From Hormoscilla sp. (GTDB lineage Bacteria > Cyanobacteriota > Cyanobacteriia > Cyanobacteriales > Desertifilaceae), in the NCBI GenBank assembly GCA_051439505.1, contig JBFRWI010000166.1, positions 1-44,600 on the forward strand: a stretch of DNA of 44,600 bases, read 5' to 3'. This document shows positions 37,925-44,600 of this stretch, one piece after another. A program made the position numbers and the translations under genes. The notes beneath the pieces are model-generated. The model made no database searches. It saw only the letters and a program-made list of their open reading frames with translations, and had not been told where the DNA came from. Positions within the stretch are counted from its first letter, which is position 1; each line of letters begins with the position of its first letter.

Positions 37925-39283
37925 TCAGGTGCATCTCACCTTTGCACCCTTGTGCGTGCATGGAGATCGGGCGGTGAGGTCGTCTAACTCGGCATAATCT
38001 GGTAATGTGCGATCGATTGCTTTCCCGCCCCGCAAGACCAGGCGATCGGCCTGGTGACGGGAGAGGAGTTCGCTATTTGTCCGCCCTTTGAACAGAATCA
38101 AATCTGCCGGTCCACCCACAGATATTTTCCCAACTTCTGGCAATCTCATCAAGTCAGCGGGGGTGGAGGTAACGGCATTCGGCCAGTCACCATAGGGCAT
38201 GTCTAGGTGACCGATGCGGACTGCCATTGTGAAGACTTCCAACATATCGTGATCGCCAAAACCGTAGAAGGGGTCGCGACAATTATCACTTGCTAAAGCT
38301 ACGGGAATGCCAGCAGCTTTTATTTCCTGTAATAGGGTAACCCCTCGCCAGCGGGGCGTCCTACCGGGTTGTCGGTCTTGCAGGTAAAGATTGCACATTG
38401 GCAAGCTAACAATGGCAATACCCGCCTCTCTTACCAACTCCAAAGTTTTCCTCGCTTCCTCTGGGGACTGTACTGCCAAGCTACAGCAATGTCCGCAGAT
38501 AATTTTACCAGAGAATTGGTGACGTAGGGCTGCTGCTGCTACGTGGCGGAGGGTCATGGCCTCGGGGTTACCGCTTTCGTCCGTGTGGAAATCTAGATCC
38601 AGATTTCGTTCCGTTGCCAGGGAAAAAACCCGGTCTAACTGCTTGTCTAGATCTGCATTCATCAGGGGCAGTCCCCCCAGGATCCCACCAATTTCCGCAA
38701 GTCTGTCAGCTAGTTTTTCTCCTTCTGGAGTTCCGAAGCGATCGATAAAAGCTAGAGAAACCCCTTGCATGATGATTCTATCTTGCCATTCTTCCCGTAG
38801 GGTTGTGAAAACTTCCCAGCTATCAGGAAGATGCTTGCCGAGATAGTCAATATGGGTTCTAATGGCTTTAGTACCGTGGGCGTAACTGCATTTTAGCCCA
38901 AATTCCATCCGCCGATAGATATCTTCTGCGTCCCAATGTTGTTTTATATCCCGATCGCATGTTTCTAGGGCCCCGTTAAAGGTGCCGTCGGGGTTGGGCG
39001 ATCGATCCCAGACATGTCCTTTATCCAGGTGAGTATGGAGATCTACAAAACAAGGCCACAACTGACCGCCCCGCAGATCGTAATTGGGCAAATTTTCGGT
39101 TTCTGGGTTCTGATGAAGAGCAATTATTTGCCCGATCGCCCCATCTGAGACTTCCAGATCGACCATCACCAAGTCTTCCCGGGTAATATCGGCATTTTCC
39201 GGCAGTTCTGCCAGCAAGGATGCCGGTACGCGAGCATTTTTTATCCAGTAATGACCGGTGTTTGGGAATTGTTCTTCGTTCAT
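37925..39283 (-). CDS. codA: Cytosine deaminase-like amidohydrolase
   Basis: FVDLHTHLDKGH, AIRTHID, DFHTDES, GHCCSL, SLPMCNLYLQDR, ASDN.RDPFY. Confidence 0.9.
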   Translation of the reverse strand: MNEEQFPNTGHYWIKNARVPASLLAELPENADITREDLVMVDLEVSDGAIGQIIALHQNPETENLPNYDLRGGQLWPCFVDLHTHLDKGHVWDRSPNPDGTFNGALETCDRDIKQHWDAEDIYRRMEFGLKCSYAHGTKAIRTHIDYLGKHLPDSWEVFTTLREEWQDRIIMQGVSLAFIDRFGTPEGEKLADRLAEIGGILGGLPLMNADLDKQLDRVFSLATERNLDLDFHTDESGNPEAMTLRHVAAAALRHQFSGKIICGHCCSLAVQSPEEARKTLELVREAGIAIVSLPMCNLYLQDRQPGRTPRWRGVTLLQEIKAAGIPVALASDNCRDPFYGFGDHDMLEVFTMAVRIGHLDMPYGDWPNAVTSTPADLMRLPEVGKISVGGPADLILFKGRTNSELLSRHQADRLVLRGGKAIDRTLPDYAELDDLTARSPCTHKGAKVRCT

Positions 39284-40107
39284 CTTTCTTTGGCGATCGC
39301 GCTTTCGTGCCAGTTTCGCAGTAAAAAGTCCGAGAGAAACATCAACAACACAAATATTATCACCCCCAGCATGGTAATCAGCAACAGGGCGGCGAACATG
39401 CGGGGTATTTGCAGATTATAGCTAGCATTGAGGATTTGGTAAGCAAGTCCCGATCGGGCCCCACCGGTCCCGGCCACAAATTCTGCCACTACTGCCCCGA
39501 TCAAAGATAACCCACCACTAATTCTGAGTCCAGCCAGAAAATAGGGCAAGGCACTGGGCAAGCGCAAGTATAGCAGAGTTTGCCAGCGAGATGCTTTATA
39601 TAATTTGAACAAGTCACTCAGGTTAGAGTCAACTGTATTCAGTCCCAGGGTAGTATTGGAAACGATCGGGAAGAATGCTACTATCCAGGCACAGAGGACT
39701 AAAGCCGCAAATGTGTTATCTCTCAACCAGATAATGATTAAAGGGGCGATCGCCACTATCGGCATGGTTTGTAAAATCACCGCGTAGGGAAAAAAGCTGC
39801 GTTCGATCCACTTACTCTGGGCAAATAGTATCGCGATCGCCAAACCCGAAATTGCTGCTACAATAAAAGCAACCAGAGTAATTTTTAGCGTAATTAGCAG
39901 GGAAGCAAACAATTCATTCCAGTCACTAATCAGGGTTTGCAGCACCAATGACGGACTGGGCAGCAAATAATAGGGGATTCCACTGACGCGCACTCCGATT
40001 TCCCAGATTAGCAAGGCGATAATGCCTACCACAACGGGGGCGATAACGTCAAGAGAAAATAGCTTCTTTATATTGAAACGATTGTTCATGATTGTCTTCA
40101 TCTTCAA
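39280..40107 (-). CDS. NitT/TauT-family ABC transporter permease
   Basis: LLPSPS.V, LQTMPIVAIAPL, LPSALPYFLAGLRISGGLSLIGAVVAEF; true start may be ATG 40089. Confidence 0.93.
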   Translation of the reverse strand: MKMKTIMNNRFNIKKLFSLDVIAPVVVGIIALLIWEIGVRVSGIPYYLLPSPSLVLQTLISDWNELFASLLITLKITLVAFIVAAISGLAIAILFAQSKWIERSFFPYAVILQTMPIVAIAPLIIIWLRDNTFAALVLCAWIVAFFPIVSNTTLGLNTVDSNLSDLFKLYKASRWQTLLYLRLPSALPYFLAGLRISGGLSLIGAVVAEFVAGTGGARSGLAYQILNASYNLQIPRMFAALLLITMLGVIIFVLLMFLSDFLLRNWHESAIAKER

Positions 40108-40135
40108 GCCGGAATTTCTGCTATCAGCAGTTACC

Positions 40136-40187
40136 GGGTGTGGTCATGCAGGGCCCATGGAACGATCGACAGGTTTTGACCACACCC
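40136..40187. mobile_element. 52-bp minimal MITE with a 9-bp target-site duplication
   Basis: GGGTGTGGTCA...TGACCACACCC; GCAGTTACC at both 40127-40135 and 40188-40196. Confidence 0.9.
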
Positions 40188-40191
40188 GCAG

Positions 40192-40608
40192 TTACCTGAC
40201 TAGATATTCTAGTAGACGCTCAATTTTCGGTTTGTATTTTAGGCAATTTGACCGATGCTCGGCTCGGTATTTTTCGGCATTATTCTCTGAGAGAACAAAG
40301 ACAAGTAAAAATTCTTTTTGAGCTACTGCACTCAAAAAAATGGTCCACAAAGCTTTTTCTAGGAAAAGCATAATATATTTTGGTTTCCCCGTGCCCATGT
40401 CTTCTGCACTCATCAGGGATTGTTTGATATGTCGTCCGACATTCACGACAAAATTATCAGGGTCAACTCTATATCCACTGGCTCCTGCTGTTTCCGACTG
40501 CATCCACAGATCTAGCTCATCGTCGAAGATAACTACTCCATCAATTTTGTTGTCCTTACTTGCAGCCTCATTCAGGATTTTTCGTAACTCATCGCGCTCA
40601 CCTGGCAT
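40192..40608 (-). CDS. Hypothetical protein, possibly Roadblock/longin-like
   Basis: ATG 40608 with GGAGG RBS; helix-IDGVVIFD-helix-three strands-helix pattern; fold call is inference. Confidence 0.6.
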   Translation of the reverse strand: MPGERDELRKILNEAASKDNKIDGVVIFDDELDLWMQSETAGASGYRVDPDNFVVNVGRHIKQSLMSAEDMGTGKPKYIMLFLEKALWTIFLSAVAQKEFLLVFVLSENNAEKYRAEHRSNCLKYKPKIERLLEYLVR

Positions 40609-40740
40609 GTCATTCCCTCCTCTGGTTCTGTTTCCTTTGAGTATGTTTATGATAGATTTGACTATCTCTATGATATCGGTTTTTAGTAGCTCAACAATGC
40701 GTTTAAGCATATAGCATCTCAACCCGCCAGCGCTCGACTT

Positions 40741-40813
40741 GGCGATAATCTCCACTACAACCGGCGATAACGTCAATGAAAAATAGCTTGTTTATATTGA
40801 ACCTGTTGTTCAT
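40741..40813 (-). pseudogene. Degenerate duplicate of the permease 5' end
   Basis: Matches 40015-40089 (MNNRFNIKKLFSLDVIA vs MNNRFNINKLFFIDVIA) with a 2-bp deletion. Confidence 0.85.
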
Positions 40814-40862
40814 TTTTGTAATCTTATATCTCAACAATTATACAATATTTTTTCAATTATTT

Positions 40863-40916
40863 AGTCGGTTTTAACCGACTTTAGCTATTAGACGGGGGTT
40901 TTAACCCCCGGCGGGC
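40863..40916. repeat. Double-hairpin REP-like element (family A), inverted relative to 19221
   Basis: AGTCGGTTTTAACCGACT-TTAGCTATTA-GACGGGGGTTTTAACCCCCGGCGGGC. Confidence 0.85.
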
Positions 40917-40920
40917 TTCA

Positions 40921-41532
40921 TTATCGCAAGACAGCAATGATAATTCTCAGCAATGGTTCCAAGTCAGAGGGAACCCGATACAAATTCAAATCTTGGGTAA
41001 TCTGTTTTTGGGCCCGATCGCACAGTCCAAATTGCCAGATATCCCCTGTAGACACTGCCCCCGTTAATATAGGTTCATCATCATCCGTCCAGATATCCAT
41101 AGCAATTAGTTCCACCGCCAGCTGCGTAAAGCCTCTAGATAGATCGGCATTCTTCGCTTCTACTACCAAGATTCTACTCTTATTATACAGATAATAATCT
41201 AGATCGCCTTTAAGTCGATCGCTGACCTTGAGGGGATATTCAATCCGCAGCTGGGCCTGAGTGTAATGTAGCACATCCAGCAAGATAGGCGCAATCAGTA
41301 ATTCGCGTCTCGCCGCTTCACTCGTAAGACTGACATAGGGCAAACTTTCTGCTATTCTCGACTTGAGATTTTCCAGGCGATCGAGTGTCCCCTCAAACTG
41401 GGGTAAATTAACAATCCTGCGGCCAAAGGAGTAACCTAACTCAGCTAAAATGTCCTCCGGTTCGTAGGGCATCTCGAAGTAGCTGCGAAAAGTATAGGAT
41501 TTTTCTGGGTCGAGGATCGGAACTTTACTCAT
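40921..41532 (-). CDS. Cyanobacterial PD-(D/E)XK-like hypothetical protein (HsdR N-terminal-like)
   Basis: SEAARRE.LIAPIL, IEY, G.LDY, VVEAK, G..QL..E, GAVSTGDIWQF. Confidence 0.8.
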   Translation of the reverse strand: MSKVPILDPEKSYTFRSYFEMPYEPEDILAELGYSFGRRIVNLPQFEGTLDRLENLKSRIAESLPYVSLTSEAARRELLIAPILLDVLHYTQAQLRIEYPLKVSDRLKGDLDYYLYNKSRILVVEAKNADLSRGFTQLAVELIAMDIWTDDDEPILTGAVSTGDIWQFGLCDRAQKQITQDLNLYRVPSDLEPLLRIIIAVLR

Positions 41533-41533
41533 A

Positions 41534-42286
41534 TTACTTTATCGCTTCCGCTAACCAACGGGCTACCTCACGGCAATATTTATTATACAATGGGGAAGTT
41601 CTAAACTCTTCCCTGCGCGGATAAGGGGCCTCAATAGGGATATCTGCCACCACTCGTCCCGGACGGGCCGCCATGACAATTACCCGATTTGATAGATATA
41701 CCGCCTCGTAAATATTATGGGTGACAAACACGATCGTCCATTGCTTCTGACTCCATAAAGACAGCAAATCGTCATTCAGTTTACTCCGAGTAATTTCATC
41801 AAGGGCCCCAAACGGTTCGTCCATTAATAATACCCTCGGTTCCGTAATCAGCGCCCGGGCGATCGAGACTCGCATTTTCATCCCCCCTGACAACTGGCGG
41901 GGATAACTGCTTTCCCATCCCTTTAGTCCTACCAACTCTAATGCTTCCCGTACCGCCCTACTTGACTCTTTTTGAGATTTTCCTGCTAGTTTCAAAGGTA
42001 AACGGACATTCTCCATTACCGTTTCCCAGGGCATCAGGGCCGCTTCCTGAAACACGAATGCTAACTTTTGTTGAGACGTGCGATCGCCCCATTCTATCTT
42101 ACCATAACTCGCCTTTTCCAATCCAGCAATCAGCCGCAGCACCGTACTCTTCCCGCACCCCGAAGGCCCCAACAAACTCACAAATTGAGAGTCTTTTATC
42201 TCCATACTCATGTCTTGCAAAGCCACCGTACCATTCGGGTAAACCTTGTTTGCATGAGTTATGGTAATTGCTGGTTTTTCGCTCAT
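41534..42286 (-). CDS. NitT/TauT-family ABC transporter ATP-binding protein
   Basis: GPSGCGKST, YPRQLSGGMKMRV, LLMDEPFGALD, FVTH. Confidence 0.95.
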   Translation of the reverse strand: MSEKPAITITHANKVYPNGTVALQDMSMEIKDSQFVSLLGPSGCGKSTVLRLIAGLEKASYGKIEWGDRTSQQKLAFVFQEAALMPWETVMENVRLPLKLAGKSQKESSRAVREALELVGLKGWESSYPRQLSGGMKMRVSIARALITEPRVLLMDEPFGALDEITRSKLNDDLLSLWSQKQWTIVFVTHNIYEAVYLSNRVIVMAARPGRVVADIPIEAPYPRREEFRTSPLYNKYCREVARWLAEAIK

Positions 42287-42312
42287 TTTTGCTAATTTTA
42301 ATTTTGATTGTT

Positions 42313-42478
42313 AATTATTTCCCGATATCTGGTGGGCGGTGGTGCCCACCCTACAAATTATTTCCCGATATCTGGTGGGCGGTGCCCACCCTACAAATCA
42401 TTCCCCGACAGATGGTGGGCGGTGCCCACCCTACAAATTACAAATTATTTCCCGACCGCTGGTGGGCGGTGCCCTACA
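42313..42478. repeat. Four tandem ~40-bp units, each containing the REP palindrome GTGGGCGGTGCCCACCCTAC
   Basis: AATTATTTCCCGATATCTGGTGGGCGGTGCCCACCCTACA and variants; no unique spacers; the last unit is truncated. Confidence 0.9.
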
Positions 42479-43508
42479 GGTAATATTCTACTCCTTTGTT
42501 GACAAATTGCAGCGTGTAAGATTTTTTGTAGTTACTATCTGGCTTTAACAGACCTGCTTCTACCATGATATCAAAAAACGACTGCCAACGTTCCTCTGTC
42601 ATCGCCCCTATTCCTAGGGTTTTCGCATCCCCAGAGTTAATCATACCATATTCTTTCATCTTCGCAAAACCATAGGCTAGCAATTCATCTGTCATCTGGG
42701 GATAAGCTTTTTTAATCAGTTCATTCGCCGGTGCTGGATTTTCCAGATAGCTATACCAACCTTTAATTGACCCATCCACAAACCTCTGCACCAAATCTGG
42801 ATTCTTCTCTACCAAGTCTATTTGAGTATCTATAGTGGTAGCATAAGGATTGTAACCGTAATCTGCCAACAAGAAAACTACTGGTTCAACTCCTGCTTGT
42901 TGCGCTGTAAAAGGTTCAGAAGAGAAGTATCCTTGCTGCACCGCATTTTTATCCAGCAAAAATGGACTGACATTGAAATTATAGGGGCGTCTTTGGTCTT
43001 CGGTGAATCCGTATTTATCTTGCAAAAATAACCAATAGCCTACTGTACCTGCAGAAACAAATATCGGCTTGCCCAGCATCTGTTCCAGGGAGTCGTTCCC
43101 GACACCGGGATGGGCGATTAAAACTCGGGGATGTTTTTGAAAGATGGCGGCGACTGTAACTTTCGGAATTCCCTCTGCTGCGGCAAGGATGGCACCGTCA
43201 CCACTTCCCATCATGAAATCTACCACGCCGCCCATCAATAATTGAGTACCATTGGTTTGGGGTCCGCCCATTTTGATGGTAACTTCTAGACCCTGTTCTC
43301 GATAAATCCCCGTCGCTACAGCTTGGTAGAAACCTCCATGTTCCGCTTGGGCGTACCAGTCCGTGGTATAGGAGACCCGATCGAGACCATCCTCTGTTTT
43401 CTGCTGACCATTGCTGCAAGCCGTCAGCAGGCCACTCCCGAGGGCGATCGCCCCATATTTTAGCAATTTGCGGCGATTAATTGATAATTGGTAATCTGTC
43501 ATTGTCAA
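42474..43508 (-). CDS. NMT1/THI5-like ABC substrate-binding lipoprotein
   Basis: Tat-like NRRKLLK and LLTAC lipobox; W.AQAEHGGFYQA, QQGY.SSEPF, SIKGWYSYL. Confidence 0.92.
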   Translation of the reverse strand: MTMTDYQLSINRRKLLKYGAIALGSGLLTACSNGQQKTEDGLDRVSYTTDWYAQAEHGGFYQAVATGIYREQGLEVTIKMGGPQTNGTQLLMGGVVDFMMGSGDGAILAAAEGIPKVTVAAIFQKHPRVLIAHPGVGNDSLEQMLGKPIFVSAGTVGYWLFLQDKYGFTEDQRRPYNFNVSPFLLDKNAVQQGYFSSEPFTAQQAGVEPVVFLLADYGYNPYATTIDTQIDLVEKNPDLVQRFVDGSIKGWYSYLENPAPANELIKKAYPQMTDELLAYGFAKMKEYGMINSGDAKTLGIGAMTEERWQSFFDIMVEAGLLKPDSNYKKSYTLQFVNKGVEYYL

Positions 43509-43558
43509 TCGTGAATGGTTAATTGTTAATTGTTCCGAAGTTGATTTGAGCGATCGGG

Positions 43559-44362
43559 CTATGATGGTAGCGCCAGTTGATAACTACTCCAGGCTTTCCA
43601 TAAAATATAGATTGCCGTCAGCGCCAGGAGACAGCGAAAGGCGATGGTAATGACTTCATCGGGTAATCTGGGTAGAAAGCGAGTGCTAATCTGTGTACCC
43701 ACCAGTCCCCCCATGCCCAGAACCAGACCGGGCAACAGCAAGATATTATCAGGATTTTGCAGGCCGTGGCCCACGCAAGCAGAAATGGCCGTAATCACAA
43801 TCACCCCCAGACTTGTCTGAATCGCAACTTTAATCGTTTCTCCCAACAGTACGATTTGCAGGGGCACCATAATCACGCCACCACCAATACCGAACATCCC
43901 TGCCATCAGACCAGCTGTACTGCCAGTCAAGATTCGGGCAAGCACTGGGTTAAAGGGTTGGTGCATGGCCCCTTCTTCATCACTGACAATCCGTTTGCGG
44001 ACTTCCACTAAAAAGATATTCAGCACCAGAAACAGCCCAAACCCGAATAGAAGTATGTAAGGTTTAACATAACTGGCTACAAAAGCACCCACCGGTGCTG
44101 TCACTAAAGCCGGTAATCCCAGGTAAATCACCCGCTGGAAACTGAGGGTGCCCATCAACCAGTTTTGCATGCTGCCAGAAGTGGCGGTGACGATAATGGC
44201 CAGGCTACTGGTTGCCACTGCTTGCACCGGTTGGTAGGCCAAGGCTACTAGAAAGGGCACCAAAACCGTGCCGCCACCGATGCCCAGAAAACCAGCGAGA
44301 ATTCCCGCAAATAGCCCCCCACCAGCAAGTTGCAACAATTCCAACCAATTTAATGCTTCCAT
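43559..44362 (-). CDS. TauE/SafE (sulfite exporter) family membrane protein
   Basis: Duplicated G..AG..GIGGG...VP motifs; AVATS and AIQTSL; multiple TMs. Confidence 0.92.
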   Translation of the reverse strand: MEALNWLELLQLAGGGLFAGILAGFLGIGGGTVLVPFLVALAYQPVQAVATSSLAIIVTATSGSMQNWLMGTLSFQRVIYLGLPALVTAPVGAFVASYVKPYILLFGFGLFLVLNIFLVEVRKRIVSDEEGAMHQPFNPVLARILTGSTAGLMAGMFGIGGGVIMVPLQIVLLGETIKVAIQTSLGVIVITAISACVGHGLQNPDNILLLPGLVLGMGGLVGTQISTRFLPRLPDEVITIAFRCLLALTAIYILWKAWSSYQLALPS

Positions 44363-44387
44363 AGCGATATCTCCGGGGCAAAGTTTA

Positions 44388-44518
44388 GGGTGTGGTCATG
44401 CATTTGTTGTAGCACCGATCCCCCCCAAACCCCCCCTTGCGAAAGGGGGGGCTCCGGAAGCCCCCCTTTTTAAGGGGGGTTTGGGGGGGATCCTTTACAA
44501 CTACTTTTGACCACACCC
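44388..44518. mobile_element. MITE of the GGGTGTGGTCA family with CCCCCCAAACCCCCC palindromic cargo
   Basis: GGGTGTGGTCATGC...CAACTACTTTTGACCACACCC; internal part related to 16706-16848; no TSD seen. Confidence 0.82.
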
Positions 44519-44548
44519 ACTGAAAGTATTATCTATAAAGTGTTGATT

Positions 44549-44583
44549 TGTAGGTTGGGTTTCGTGCCTCTACCCAACCTACA
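44549..44583. repeat. REP-like palindrome (GTAG-type)
   Basis: TGTAGGTTGGGT / ACCCAACCTACA. Confidence 0.8.
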
Positions 44584-44600
44584 GATAACTCACAATTAAT

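Noticed and set aside
42313..42478. Possible CRISPR array
   Set aside because: Units are head-to-tail near-identical 40-mers with no unique spacers; the core is a dispersed REP; no cas genes in the window

Overview
Chromosomal window of a filamentous-type cyanobacterium. Evidence: frequent HIP1 octamer GCGATCGC, ycf66, cyAbrB1, ftsH3, and repeat families typical of Oscillatoriales (that placement is inference). Gene order: exopolysaccharide cluster (3 SAM methyltransferases, 3 GT4s, SGNH hydrolase, then wzc-wza on the opposite strand); ycf66; two TolB-like lipoproteins; sdhB; cyAbrB1; ftsH3; Ser/Thr kinase; ATP-grasp pseudogene; eda; metallophosphatase; DUF1517; Hsp70-like; sodB followed by a 5'-truncated sodX; AKR; CBS protein; and an NMT1-type ABC transporter/codA/FAD-oxidoreductase cluster broken by several insertions. 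The strongest non-coding signals are three. (1) A stand-alone HEARO/omega-RNA (IscB guide scaffold)-like unit at ~11511-11720, with its own promoter and no iscB ORF, inside nested inverted repeats; its guide position is complementary to the neighbouring ycf66 promoter region. (2) An unrecognised ~215-nt promoter/long-hairpin/terminator unit at ~19709-19926, bracketed by two inverted MITE copies. (3) A GGGTGTGGTCA-ended MITE family with variable palindromic cargo and, in two copies, 9-bp target-site duplications. No CRISPR array, reverse transcriptase, transposase, tRNA or rRNA was seen. All family calls come from motif recognition by eye, not database searches.
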